A stretch of DNA of 27,414 nucleotides. Origin: Limnochordia bacterium (GTDB lineage Bacteria; Bacillota; Limnochordia; DTU080). Every line of letters begins with the position of its first letter. Position 1 is the first letter of the stretch. Below are positions 8,288-18,865 of the stretch, piece by piece. The notes under the pieces are model-generated. The model was not told the origin of the DNA. It was given only the letters and a program-made list of their open reading frames with translations, and made no database searches. The stretch is from contig JBMNJG010000008.1 in assembly GCA_050951545.1 (NCBI GenBank), forward strand, positions 1-27,414. Reading direction: 5' to 3'. Position numbers and translations under genes: made by a program.

Positions 8288-8932
8288 CTATGAACATGAG
8301 GGGCCTTCAAGGTGCTGGGCCGGAAGGATGCCCGCCTGGACAAGCGCCTGCTTGGTCTCGGCGATGCCTCGCACCTGACATGCATTGATGCCAAGCTCTG
8401 TAGCTGCGTCCACGTTTGACCTATTGTCATCGAGGAAAAGGATCTCGGAAGGAGCAAATCGCGTAGCATCAAGCACATGCTGAAAGGCCTCTTTGTCGGG
8501 CTTGACCTTCCCCATCAGGTGTGATGCAAAACGCAGGCCTATTATGCTCCCGAGCCCCGTATCGTCGACCAACCGCGGCCAGTGCAGGGCGTTGCAGTTG
8601 CTCAAGATAGCACGCTCGTATTGCGAAGGTATGCTCTGCACCAGTTCGAAAGCCCCCGGAAACAATCCTTTCGGCCACAAGAGCAACTCCTCCAGCAACT
8701 CATCAGGTCCCATGCATAGACCCATTTCCTCAATTAGGCGTGCTGCGAATGCTTGGGGCTCTATTTGTCCCGTCTCAAAGGCCTTCACCGCAGGCGATGT
8801 AAGCCATCGGTCCCAGATCTCATTGGGTGGTAGGTGGTCTGTAAGCCTCTGCAACGGGGTGGGAAGCCCAGCAAGCTCCACTAGCACACCACCGAGGTCA
8901 AGCAACACTAACCGGATGCGGTTATGACTCAT
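8288..8932 (-). CDS. HAD family phosphatase
   Basis: Motifs LLDLGGVL, ILSN, KPD, LFLDD..NV..A..LG. Start is uncertain (ORF open from 8971). Confidence 0.92.
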   Translation of the reverse strand: MSHNRIRLVLLDLGGVLVELAGLPTPLQRLTDHLPPNEIWDRWLTSPAVKAFETGQIEPQAFAARLIEEMGLCMGPDELLEELLLWPKGLFPGAFELVQSIPSQYERAILSNCNALHWPRLVDDTGLGSIIGLRFASHLMGKVKPDKEAFQHVLDATRFAPSEILFLDDNRSNVDAATELGINACQVRGIAETKQALVQAGILPAQHLEGPSCS

Positions 8933-9173
8933 GACGCAACCCCCATACTCAACCCTCGCCCCGTCGTGCACTGTAGGCGTCTGAAGTCAATTCTGCAGCG
9001 CAACTCTAATACCCTGGTCAACAAGCAGTAAGTCGTGGTACCGCCTGTGTGAAGGAATAACAAAGTCGCACTACGTTGAAATCATGCAGGAGTACAGCCT
9101 CCTGCCCATAAAATAGGGATTGACCACGCGTTACTACGTAAACCATTAGCTCTTGTGTGGGGAGGAATCTCGT

Positions 9174-9959
9174 ATGCTGCCTAGTGTCAACTTCTGCGGC
9201 CTTACCGTTACGCGTCTCATCATCGGGGCGAACCCTTTTGGGGGTTTTAGCCACCAAAGCAAAGCGCGGGATCAAGAGATGGTCGCCTACCATACGCCAG
9301 CCCGAATATTGGAGACATGGGAAAGGGCTGCCGCTGCAGGGATCAACACGATGATCACCAACAACGAGAGCCCCAATGTCATGCAAGCAGTACGCGAGTA
9401 TAGAGCCGCCAACGGACCACTCCAGTGGATTGCCCAGGTGAACTTGCGGGTTAATCCGAGCTGGAAGGCAGCCATTGACGAGGTAGTGGAGATAGGATGC
9501 AAGGGCCTGTACTTCCATGGCGGGCTTGTGGATGGCGTCTTTGCCAAGCAAGATGCTGAGGAATTACGCTCCTGGTGTGACTATGCCCGCTCTTTGGGTG
9601 TGCCAGTGGGCGTGGCTGGCCATGCTCCACAAGCGCATCTATGGGTCGATAGCCTGGACGTCGTCGATTTCCATGCCGTCTGTTTCTTCAACTGCGGAAG
9701 CCTGCACTCAGGCAAAGGGCATCGTTTCCAGCTGGCAGACGTTCCGGTTGCGGCGGACTGTATCCAGCGCATCGCTAAGCCGTGCATCGCCTACAAGATT
9801 ATGGGCGCTGGCCGCATGGACCCACGTATGTCCTTTGAGTACGCCTTTGACCATATCAAGCCGGACGACGTGGTGAACGTGGGCATGCACCGTGGAGACA
9901 AAGACGACATAGTGGAGGAGAACGCCGCTCTGGTTCGCGATATCTTGGCGACAAAGTGA
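9174..9959 (+). CDS. Conserved hypothetical protein, aldo/keto-reductase-like TIM barrel
   Basis: N-terminus LPSVNFCGLTVTRLIIGANPF, GVPVGVAGH and KPCIAYKIMGAGR resemble AKR-like proteins; RBS GGAGG. Confidence 0.75.
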   Translation: MLPSVNFCGLTVTRLIIGANPFGGFSHQSKARDQEMVAYHTPARILETWERAAAAGINTMITNNESPNVMQAVREYRAANGPLQWIAQVNLRVNPSWKAAIDEVVEIGCKGLYFHGGLVDGVFAKQDAEELRSWCDYARSLGVPVGVAGHAPQAHLWVDSLDVVDFHAVCFFNCGSLHSGKGHRFQLADVPVAADCIQRIAKPCIAYKIMGAGRMDPRMSFEYAFDHIKPDDVVNVGMHRGDKDDIVEENAALVRDILATK

Positions 9960-10133
9960 TAGGCGGTCGATCTTAGAATCGCCCCCCATTCCTCACGGGT
10001 TAGCAGCACCTGTTTTTCCTGGCTGCGCGTTGCTGTCGCGGTTTCAACCCACTCAACGCATTGATGCTCTGCATGTGTTCGTAGGTAATATGGTTTACAA
10101 AGCAATGAGCATATTCGTGCCTCATCAAAAACG

Positions 10134-10502
10134 TTAGCAGCTCATTTGAATACCAGATTCAACCCAGTCCTGCAGTACCTCAGCAATGTAGCCGCTCTCA
10201 TATTTTACAAGATCGTTGTACCTAGCAACAGGGAATATCTCAGGCAAGTCTGGTGGCAACCCTAAGAGCAACATGAGGCGATTGGGTTTGGGATGAATGA
10301 ACCGTTCGCCAATAAGCCTGGCTGCAGTCTTTACAGCAGGGTGATTCTCAGTTGGGGCAAACCACCGTTGTACCGCATCTGTATACTGGTGCTTAAGCAC
10401 AGGCTGACGCGTCTTCTCCTGTAGACCCGTGAGGAACATGACAATTTGTACTAACTCTATTCGTGGGTCTACAGCTACAGCAACTCCAGCAACAGCTGGC
10501 AC
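10134..10502 (-). pseudogene. Truncated DUF4932-like protein fragment
   Basis: VDPRIELVQIV...Y...V..WF.P..NHPAV resembles the N-terminus of DUF4932 proteins, which are usually much longer. A good RBS (AGGAGGT) is present but the ORF is only 122 aa. Confidence 0.5.
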
Positions 10503-10585
10503 CTAGGCCACCTCCTATCTTTCTCCAAAGTGCTCATTTGACGTTCGTTCTAGGTCATACGTTAGGCAAACCCGCAGATGATCTC

Positions 10586-11935
10586 CTATGATCCGTTTGG
10601 CATCGGCTGCCAGATGATCAGTAGCAGAACCTGCAAGGCAAAAACCACCACCACAGGATTGCGGCCACCCAGACACTGGAGGAGGGCTCGGACGGAGCCT
10701 TTTTCAGCCCTAAGCGTGGGCCACGTCTCGTGGGTTAGGGTCCATTCCTTGAGTAGTACCAAGATGAAGTGGTACATGATCAGCCCTCTCCATAGCTGCA
10801 CCGCGGAAGGGTTTCCCCAGGTCACCCATATGGCTGCGCCTGTTATCACGGCGAAAATGGCCAGGTAGACCCATGACTGGCCTCGGATCCTTTTCCAGTG
10901 TTGGTTGGGGACGGTGATCCCAACTACCCAGAACATAAGAGGACCGGCTACCCAGCGGGCCCACAAGGGAGCACCGCTGGCTACGCCCAGTAAAGGGACA
11001 CCCATGCAGAGGGCAAGGGTCTGCCACGTGCGTTGAGGAGAACGGTGGGGCCCCCAGTACGGTTCGAGCAGTATCACTACCGCCCACAGAGCCAGGAATA
11101 TCGTTGCCAGAGGCGAGTTTGACGCTCCAGTTATCCATGATGACGGCATCGGCTCCGGGATACTCTTCTCAAGGTGCAGCCAACCACCGATGACGCAGAT
11201 GCCAGCGACAGCCCCGAAGGTGAACTCCATCACCTTCCACCAGTCGATTCTGTGTTGCAGGCGAGGGCCAAAGGGAATTCGATGCCGGCCCCAGGCTTGA
11301 AGGATCTGGCCCAGAGGGAAGCCGAGACCACCCAGCAGGCCAAAGCCAGCCATACCGCAGGCAAAACTATCCTGCCGAACTCGCCATGCATAGAGAAAGA
11401 GCACAGCAAAGAGACCCCACATGCCGCCCCAGTACTCCAAGCGGGCGTCTGGACCGCGCTTCGAGAAGTAGACTCGAGGTAGGTCGTCAGGTGGGGCGTG
11501 CGGTCGGTTCAGAAGCAGAATACCAGCTGCCCAGGCGAAGGTGCCAGCCACCGCCAAGCCGCCCCACTCGAACCAGCTGTAGTGCGCGGGGCCCCCGAGC
11601 ATGGCTATCAGGAGGGCCCCCAAGCCAATCCAGACACATCCCTTCACTGCAGTACCGAGCAGTCCCCACCAGTAGAGAGGCGCTGGTCGGTAGTCGTGGA
11701 TGAGTCCCAGAGTCTGTCCGTAGGTCATGCAGCCGCCGAAACCTAGCCCTATGGCGCCGGCCGCCGCAAGGAGGAAATAGGCCTGCTGTACATCGGCCCG
11801 GGTGGAGAGCAGGGCCGTGGAAAGCCCCAGAACCGCGCCAGCGAACATCGCTCCTCGCATCGCACCACTTACTGTACCGCGCACACCCCAGGCGTAGCTC
11901 ATGGCCAAGGCGGCCCAGATAAGACGCATGATCAT
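10586..11935 (-). CDS. Polytopic membrane protein of unknown function
   Basis: Many Gly/Trp-rich TM segments (WGVRG..GAM..GA, GFGGCMTYGQTLGL, DWWKVMEFTFG). Start estimated from RBS AAGGGGGA; ORF open from 11971. Confidence 0.85.
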   Translation of the reverse strand: MIMRLIWAALAMSYAWGVRGTVSGAMRGAMFAGAVLGLSTALLSTRADVQQAYFLLAAAGAIGLGFGGCMTYGQTLGLIHDYRPAPLYWWGLLGTAVKGCVWIGLGALLIAMLGGPAHYSWFEWGGLAVAGTFAWAAGILLLNRPHAPPDDLPRVYFSKRGPDARLEYWGGMWGLFAVLFLYAWRVRQDSFACGMAGFGLLGGLGFPLGQILQAWGRHRIPFGPRLQHRIDWWKVMEFTFGAVAGICVIGGWLHLEKSIPEPMPSSWITGASNSPLATIFLALWAVVILLEPYWGPHRSPQRTWQTLALCMGVPLLGVASGAPLWARWVAGPLMFWVVGITVPNQHWKRIRGQSWVYLAIFAVITGAAIWVTWGNPSAVQLWRGLIMYHFILVLLKEWTLTHETWPTLRAEKGSVRALLQCLGGRNPVVVVFALQVLLLIIWQPMPNGS

Positions 11936-12186
11936 GAGGGTCATTCCCCCTTGGATAGTCCTATGGACCACAATATTGGATACCCCAGGGTATATCCCCT
12001 CTTTTAGCAGATAACGGGCGGCGCGGTGCGCAGTAGAGCATAGCTAACGCCCATTTGCTCTGGACGGCGACTGTCATTTTCAGCTAACCAGCGGTCCAGC
12101 CAGTCGTAGGCCTGGCGCATAGACCGCGATGCTGTGATTCACCTGATCGCGCAAGATGGTGGACCAGGTACTAATTCCGCGCCACG

Positions 12187-14574
12187 CTAACTCGAGGGCG
12201 TAGCGACGATGGAAATCTCAGTAGGAGCCAACCCGTCAGCAGTTGCCGCGATATGCACTGGACCGCTCTCGTCAGCCTGGGAGCGGACAATCAGCATGCA
12301 CATGCCGTGAAAGGCGCGGCGACTGTCCGCGCAGAAAGGCTCCAGGCTGGTCGGGTCGCCGTTATCGATGGCGGCTATTTCCGCCGCTCCCTCTAAGCGG
12401 AAGGAAATGCGCTGTGCAGCGTGGGGGCAGAGATGGCCCGCAGCATCGGTAATGCGCACTGTGATGAAGCTAAGGTCTTCGCCGTCGGCCTTGATCTCCT
12501 CGCGGTCCGGCAGCAGTTCAATCTTGACTGGAGCTCCCGCGGTGTGCATCTGTGCGGTCATCGCTGGCTTTCCGTCAGCATCGAAAGCGACAACCTCCAG
12601 GGTCCCGGGTTCGTAGGGTACGTCATCCCAGATCAAGCGCCACCGGGTGAAGGGCTTGCCGAGCTCGCTCGTTTGGGTTCCCTTGGTCCGGATGCCCAGG
12701 GATCTGCCGTTCAAGAAGAGTTCGGCTGTAGGGTAGCTCGTGTAGCAGTGCACTGGGATGGGTTGTCCTTCGTGGCCTGCCCAGTTCCAGTGTGGGAGCA
12801 GGTGGAGGGTGGGCTCGTCGGACCAGGCACTTCGGTACAGGTAGTAGCGGTCTTTGCGAATGCCACACAAGTCGATGATGCCAAAGTAGGAGCTACGGCT
12901 AGGCCACTTCGACTGATAGGGGGTGGGTTCGCCGAGATAGTCAAAGCCAGTCCACGTAAACTGACCCAAGATAAAGGGGCAATCCGCTTGGGCTGTCAGC
13001 TCGGCATCGGGTACGTAACCCCAAGGTGGCGCAGCTACATCATAGGCGGTGCAGTGTAGGCTCGGGCGCTGGACCCCCTTTTCCGGCTCAACGGGCAGGA
13101 AGTACTCGCCGCGGGAGCTGACGCACGACTCAGTTTCGCTACCATACATAACCCACTCCGGATGCTCGGCGTGATACTTCTCGTAGAGGTGGCACTTGTA
13201 GTTCCAGCCGGGAATGTCCACCGCATCGGCCAGGCCGTTGGCGATAGCCTCATCTGATGAATCAAAACCAGCTGTGACCGGGCGAGTGGGGTCTTCCTCA
13301 TGGCAGATCTCAGTTAAGAAGCGGGCAGTTTCCGCACCACTTGGATGACGCTGATCGGGCACTTCGTTGCCGATACTCCACATGATAATGCACGGGTGGT
13401 TGCGGTCGCGTCTGATCATCGCTTGCAGATCCTTCTCTGCCCAGGCATCGAAGAGCTGGTGGTACCCGTTTTCGACCTTGCGGATCCGCCACTCATCAAA
13501 GGCTTCGTCAATGACGAGGAAGCCCATCGTATCGCACAGATCGAGCAGTTCCGGGGCTGGGGGGTTGTGGCTTGTGCGGATAGCGTTGCAGCCCATTTCC
13601 TTAAGCAACTCCAACTGGCGCTCGATAGCTCGGGGATGCACCGCGCTGCCCAAGGCCCCCAAGTCATGGTGTTGGCAGACCCCTTGCAGCTTCAACCCCC
13701 GCCCATTGAGGAAGAACCCCTCATTGGCATCAAAACGCAATGTACGAATGCCAAAGCGTGTCTCATAGCAGTCCGTCTCGTGCCCGTCTACATATAGACG
13801 TGAGACCAGACGGTATAGCTGGGGATGGTTGACGTCCCATAGCTGGGGTGCCTCTACTGTGAGCCGTTCTGCGTAAACCTGGGTGTGGCCTGCGGCGATC
13901 GTTTGCACCGAGGTACCCGTGGCTATCTCCACCCCTTGGGGATCGAGGATAGTGCTGGTCAGTTCCACTGCCCGAACCACGTCGCGACTGTTGGTCACTT
14001 CCGTCCGGATGGCCACGACGGCCTTTTCGGCTGTGATCTCCGGTATGGTGACAGTGGTCCCCCAGTGGGCAACATGCACTGGATCGACGATCACGAGGCG
14101 CACATAGCGGTAGAGGCCAGCCCCCGGGTACCAGCGAGAGGCGGCGGGTTTGTTGTCTACCCGAATAGCCAGTACGTTTTCGGTGTCATATTGTAGATAA
14201 TCGGTGATCTCAAAGGCAAAGGAGCTATAGCCATACGGCCAGGATCCTACCTCGTGGCCATTGACGTAGATGGTGCTACGGCTCATCACTCCGTCAAACT
14301 CGACAAAGACGCGCTTACCCGTCCAGGTCTGGGGGGCGACAAAACGCTGTCGGTACCAACCCACACCGACATGAGGCAGACCTCCAGTGCGCCCCAAGTC
14401 CTTGTCTGTGGTCTTGTCGAAGGCACCACCTATGGCCCAGTCATGGGGAACGCGCACCTGTTGCCAGTCTGCATCATCGTAGGCGATGTAGGCAGCGTGG
14501 GGGTCATCCATTCGCGCAAACCGCCAGCCGTGGCGCAAGACAAGGCTCTGGCGAGGGTCGAGATGATCAGTCAT
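12187..14574 (-). CDS. Glycoside hydrolase family 2 beta-galactosidase-like enzyme
   Basis: VRVPHDW, WYPGAGLYR, GVCQHHDLG, NAIRTSHNPP, WSIGNE (acid/base), GSET, WTGFDYLGEP, HLLPHWNW. ATG 14574 follows GGAGG. Confidence 0.96.
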   Translation of the reverse strand: MTDHLDPRQSLVLRHGWRFARMDDPHAAYIAYDDADWQQVRVPHDWAIGGAFDKTTDKDLGRTGGLPHVGVGWYRQRFVAPQTWTGKRVFVEFDGVMSRSTIYVNGHEVGSWPYGYSSFAFEITDYLQYDTENVLAIRVDNKPAASRWYPGAGLYRYVRLVIVDPVHVAHWGTTVTIPEITAEKAVVAIRTEVTNSRDVVRAVELTSTILDPQGVEIATGTSVQTIAAGHTQVYAERLTVEAPQLWDVNHPQLYRLVSRLYVDGHETDCYETRFGIRTLRFDANEGFFLNGRGLKLQGVCQHHDLGALGSAVHPRAIERQLELLKEMGCNAIRTSHNPPAPELLDLCDTMGFLVIDEAFDEWRIRKVENGYHQLFDAWAEKDLQAMIRRDRNHPCIIMWSIGNEVPDQRHPSGAETARFLTEICHEEDPTRPVTAGFDSSDEAIANGLADAVDIPGWNYKCHLYEKYHAEHPEWVMYGSETESCVSSRGEYFLPVEPEKGVQRPSLHCTAYDVAAPPWGYVPDAELTAQADCPFILGQFTWTGFDYLGEPTPYQSKWPSRSSYFGIIDLCGIRKDRYYLYRSAWSDEPTLHLLPHWNWAGHEGQPIPVHCYTSYPTAELFLNGRSLGIRTKGTQTSELGKPFTRWRLIWDDVPYEPGTLEVVAFDADGKPAMTAQMHTAGAPVKIELLPDREEIKADGEDLSFITVRITDAAGHLCPHAAQRISFRLEGAAEIAAIDNGDPTSLEPFCADSRRAFHGMCMLIVRSQADESGPVHIAATADGLAPTEISIVATPSS

Positions 14575-14612
14575 GGACAGAAGGGCCTCCTTCTTTTCAC
14601 TGTGCATCTTCG

Positions 14613-14639
14613 CTTCTGCTACCGGGAAGGAGATCCTGC
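14613..14639 (-). promoter_or_regulatory. Putative sigH-like promoter of the GH2 gene
   Basis: GCAGGA-N17-GAAG about 40 nt upstream of the start codon. Confidence 0.4.
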
Positions 14640-14948
14640 TGTGAGGCGGGTGGGTGGCAAGATGGGGTCGATGGGACATGACGTCTGTGCCGTCGCATAA
14701 GCGTACCACTGTTCCTGTTCACTGCCGATTCCGGTCGTTCGCAACATAGCGATTGGGCCCTCTCGCTCGCTAACCGTAAAACAATAGAAGTACATAGAAG
14801 GGTCAGAAAGAAACGCATCGAAGGACGGACATTACATAGTACTGCATGTGGCACACACCACTTCCCGCAGAGGACGAAGCCGTTTCCCACGAGGCGTCTC
14901 CTGGAGCATGGATCTGAATACCAGGCCAGATACAGGAAGGGGATTGCT

Positions 14949-16187
14949 ATGTCGGTGCCATTCCGAACGAGTCATTGTGTCTTACTCCTCGCAGTTCTGG
15001 TTTTCCCGAGTATGGCTGTGGCTGCGCCCGTCACGATCACCGTGGCATTCTGGGGAGCGCAGTCGGAGTACACTGACATCTGGGTGCCCATCAAGAACGA
15101 TTTCGAAGATGCTCACGCAGACATTCGCGTAGAGCTCATGCATGTCCCCGGTGGTTTCCAGGAGAAGATGATCAGTATGGCCCTGGGGGGTCAGACCGTT
15201 GATGTATGGATGAGCAATGCCGATACCGCTCTGACGTACTATACGGCTGGTCTGACCAACGATCTAAACCCCTTCATCGACAGAGATCCTTCGTTTCGGG
15301 CTGACCGTTTCTTTCCGGCTGCTCTGACGGCCTACGCGCGGGGCGGTGTCCAGTACGGTTTGTCGAGTCACTTCCAGGTGACAAGCATTTGGCACAACAA
15401 AGAGCTCTTCGACTACGCTGGCCTCTCGTACCCTACCGATAATTCCACTTGGGCTCGCTTCCGAGACGATGCCAAGAAGCTTACGCAGGACCGCAACAGC
15501 GACGGCCGCACTGACCAATGGGGCCTGGCCATGTCTCTCGGTGCCGAATTCGTCACGCCTTGGGTCTTCTCTGCTGGTGGCAACTGGGTTGATGATGCAG
15601 ATAATCCTACTCGCTCAGCGGCGGGCGAGCCCGCGACCGTGAGGGGCTTGCAGTTCGTGCAAGAGCTAATAGCTCAAGACGCAGTAGTGGAACCGAGCTA
15701 TAGTGCTACACCGTTTTACGAGGGTCGCGTCGGGATGTACGCGTACTACGCGGTCGCCCAGCGCATGACTAGCTACGCTACCTTTAGCTATAACGTGGCT
15801 CGGCTGCCAGCCGGACCAGCAGGGGCCATCAATGCGGTAGTTCCCGGAGGCGTGGTCATGGGTAAGGGAGAACACCCACAGGAATCCTGGGAGTTCATGA
15901 AATTCATGTGTCAAGAAGGGGCCTTCAGCTACAACAGCGTACCAGCCTACCTCCCGATGGCCCGCACAAATCGCTGGCCTTTCGCGCCTGTACCTGCTGA
16001 TTACAACCGAGCTGCCTTCGTAGACGGCGCCCTTTCGGCACTTCCGCAGACAATCAAGTCCACAAGGGTGGCAGATATCCTCAAGGCCATCAACGACGTA
16101 GTGGTGCCAGCCCTGCGCGGGCAAGAGTCTCTGAGCACGGCTGTAGCCCGCGTGGACCCGCGAATCAACGCCATCCTGAATGATTAG
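14949..16187 (+). CDS. Sugar ABC transporter substrate-binding protein
   Basis: Signal peptide ending AVA-A; FEDAHADIRVEL, WHNKELFDYAGL.YP, HPQESWEFMKF. Confidence 0.93.
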   Translation: MSVPFRTSHCVLLLAVLVFPSMAVAAPVTITVAFWGAQSEYTDIWVPIKNDFEDAHADIRVELMHVPGGFQEKMISMALGGQTVDVWMSNADTALTYYTAGLTNDLNPFIDRDPSFRADRFFPAALTAYARGGVQYGLSSHFQVTSIWHNKELFDYAGLSYPTDNSTWARFRDDAKKLTQDRNSDGRTDQWGLAMSLGAEFVTPWVFSAGGNWVDDADNPTRSAAGEPATVRGLQFVQELIAQDAVVEPSYSATPFYEGRVGMYAYYAVAQRMTSYATFSYNVARLPAGPAGAINAVVPGGVVMGKGEHPQESWEFMKFMCQEGAFSYNSVPAYLPMARTNRWPFAPVPADYNRAAFVDGALSALPQTIKSTRVADILKAINDVVVPALRGQESLSTAVARVDPRINAILND

Positions 16188-16230
16188 TCCAGGACGGGTC
16201 GAAATGCACCCGTATAGGGAGGACAGCCAA

Positions 16231-18726
16231 GTGCCGTTTGATCGTTTCTTTTCGCGGATGTGTGACCCGCCACGGGAGTTTGGAATGATTCCGTTCTGGC
16301 TCTGGAATGACGACCTCGATGAGGAAGAGCTCATTCGCCAGCTTCACGCGTTTCACGCCGGAGGCCTGGGAGGCGTGATCATCCTCCCCTTTGTTGGGCT
16401 ATCCGAGAAGGTTAGTTACCTCTCCGACAGCTACTTTCAGCTGGTGCGACGTGTGGTAGACGAGTGTGCCGTCCTCGGACTGAAGGTGATCTTGTACGAT
16501 GAAGGGGGTTACCCGTCAGGATCGGCCTGTGGGCAAGTGGTGGCTGTCGACCCTGGGTATGCAGCCCGAGCTCTTATCCTGACCCGACAGGAGATCACAG
16601 GTCCATGGTACGGGTACTGGCGGCCGTCAGTTGGACGTGGTCTTCTGAACCGTTTGGTATGTGTCGTGTTAGCCAAAGTGGAAGCGGGCGTTGTGCAGCC
16701 TGAGAGCTTGCGCGTACTGGATACCATGGAACGCAATCTGGTCCACCTTGACTTGGGCGCCGGGACCTGGCAGGTGATGGCCTGCTTCGATGTGCCCAGT
16801 GGGGGGCACATCCGCGGCGTCTTGCCTGAACACGAAGACAGCACAGCCACAGCTCCTCCGGCTGGCGATATCATGAACCCCGAGGCCGTAGCCACGTTCA
16901 TCCGCCTTACACATGACGCCTATGCAAGGCACCTCAGAGATCACCTGGGCACTACCGTGGTGGGGCTCTTCACCGATGAGCCCACGCCCATGGGTCGAGG
17001 CGCCAGGGGTGACGGCAGACCATACACTAGAGGGTTCGAACGATGGTTGGCGGACCACCTGGAGCAGGACGTCGATAGTGTTCGGGCCTGGTTGCCGTCA
17101 TTGTGGGTAGATTACGGACCCCAAACAGAATGGTTTCGACAAGCCTATGCGCGCGGCGTACACGAGCGAGTGACAGAAGTGTTCTACGGTGCCCAAACCA
17201 AGTGGTGCGAAGAACACGGTATCGCTCTCACTGGACATCCGCACATGAGCAATGACATGACCTCACTGAGCGCCTTCGGATGGCCAGGGCAGGATATGGT
17301 ATGGCGCTGGGTGCTGCCCGGCAACGACAGCGGATTGGTCGGGCCCGACAGTGTGGCTCCTAAGGCTGCAACCAGTGCTGCCCGTGCCAATAGACGCAGG
17401 CGCATCGGTAGCGAGTTGTTTGGGGCCTATGGCTGGATCCTTTCCCTCGACGAAGTCAAATGGTTGCTTGACTGGCATCTATCTCGCGGAAACAACCTCT
17501 TCATGCCGAGTGCTCTGTACTACTCTGTCAGAGAAGGACGGGCCTACGAGAGCGAACCTGATCTCGCACTGCATAATGTGTGGTGGCCGCATTTTCAGCA
17601 CCTAGCGGGCTACACAGCCCGTATGTCGTGGCTGCTCACTAATTGCGAACATGTGTGCGACGTGGCTGTGCTGGGTAACGGTTACGATCTACCTTGGGAG
17701 GCGGCCAGGTATCTATATGAGAACCAAATCGATTTCCTTTACATCGACGATCACGCTCTGCAGGGGGCGTGCGTAGTAGATGGCAGACTCCACATTGGAT
17801 CGCAAGCATACCAGCTAGTCGTGCTGGACGGAGAGCCCATTCTCTCGCCAGAGAGCAGAGCGAACCTGAGGGTGTTCACAGAGGCAGGAGGTACAGTCCT
17901 TTCGTACCAGCAGGGCGTTGACCTTGTAGCAGAAGCCCGCCGCATACTGCCAGCCGGCGTTACTGTAGAACCAGCAGCCCCCGGCCTGCGCACGATGCAC
18001 CTACGTAGAGAGGGACTGGACATCTATGCGTTCTTTAATGAAGGAGAGGCCCCAGTGCAGGGGCAGCTGTGCGTAGGGGTTCAGGGAATAGCTCAGTGGT
18101 GGGACCCCTTGCGGCTCACGCGTGAACTGGTGGCGGACAGGGCGGGAGTGCTCGGACCCGGTGCGGTTCTCACCAGCGGTGATTCGCCTGGGTTGCAGGT
18201 GCCAATCGTTCTGGAACGGCGCGAGAGCCGACTGCTTATCGTGGATACCTCAGCGGATGGGCAGAAGAGCAGCGAGCGTCAGCGAGGGACAACAGGGTCG
18301 GCGTCAGAATGGCTGAGTATTGAGGTAACTGGTCCATGGGATGTCGCCGATCTGGAGGGCAACCCAATAGACGCCCCGGCTCTCGGTGATTGGACCACTA
18401 AGCGGCAGCTCGAACGCTTCAGTGGTACCTTCGTCTACCAGGCCACGGTATCGCTCTCTCCTCCCGCACTTGGCAATGCTACAACCATCGAGCTTGATCT
18501 CGGTAGGGTGGGTGAAGCCGCCACCGTTCTTGTGAACGGGAAAGAGATTGGCTGGGCACTCTGGGCACCCTATCGCATCGTTACTGGGAAGGATGCTTGG
18601 GTACCGGGGGACAACGTGCTGGAGGTACGGGTCACCAACACCGCGGCCAACGCGTATGAGGGCGCCCTATATCCCTCGGGCCTCATGGGGCCTGTGCGGC
18701 TGCTGCTGGCCGTACCGAGGTCGTAG
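16231..18726 (+). CDS. Glycoside hydrolase, GH106 (alpha-L-rhamnosidase)-like
   Basis: PFWLWND, LYDEGGYPSG, GLFTDEP, WCEEHGIALTGH, SELFGAYGW and C-terminal LDLGRV...LEVRVTNT..SGLMGPV. GTG 16231 follows GGGAGG (ORF open from 16180). Confidence 0.85.
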   Translation: MPFDRFFSRMCDPPREFGMIPFWLWNDDLDEEELIRQLHAFHAGGLGGVIILPFVGLSEKVSYLSDSYFQLVRRVVDECAVLGLKVILYDEGGYPSGSACGQVVAVDPGYAARALILTRQEITGPWYGYWRPSVGRGLLNRLVCVVLAKVEAGVVQPESLRVLDTMERNLVHLDLGAGTWQVMACFDVPSGGHIRGVLPEHEDSTATAPPAGDIMNPEAVATFIRLTHDAYARHLRDHLGTTVVGLFTDEPTPMGRGARGDGRPYTRGFERWLADHLEQDVDSVRAWLPSLWVDYGPQTEWFRQAYARGVHERVTEVFYGAQTKWCEEHGIALTGHPHMSNDMTSLSAFGWPGQDMVWRWVLPGNDSGLVGPDSVAPKAATSAARANRRRRIGSELFGAYGWILSLDEVKWLLDWHLSRGNNLFMPSALYYSVREGRAYESEPDLALHNVWWPHFQHLAGYTARMSWLLTNCEHVCDVAVLGNGYDLPWEAARYLYENQIDFLYIDDHALQGACVVDGRLHIGSQAYQLVVLDGEPILSPESRANLRVFTEAGGTVLSYQQGVDLVAEARRILPAGVTVEPAAPGLRTMHLRREGLDIYAFFNEGEAPVQGQLCVGVQGIAQWWDPLRLTRELVADRAGVLGPGAVLTSGDSPGLQVPIVLERRESRLLIVDTSADGQKSSERQRGTTGSASEWLSIEVTGPWDVADLEGNPIDAPALGDWTTKRQLERFSGTFVYQATVSLSPPALGNATTIELDLGRVGEAATVLVNGKEIGWALWAPYRIVTGKDAWVPGDNVLEVRVTNTAANAYEGALYPSGLMGPVRLLLAVPRS

Positions 18727-18817
18727 CGTTTCGAGTAGCCGTGATGCGGATGAGTTGGCTCCGATTCAGCGTGCCTATGGTGGCCTGATAGTGGGCTGAC
18801 TGTGCTATTCACATAAG

Positions 18818-18853
18818 CTGCCCTGCCCCGTCTCCGTTGACGAGGCAGGGCAG
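18818..18853. terminator. Hairpin between convergent genes
   Basis: CTGCCCTGCCcCGTC-tccgtt-GACGaGGCAGGGCAG; weak U-tracts. Confidence 0.55.
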
Positions 18854-18865
18854 GCATTCAGGTGG

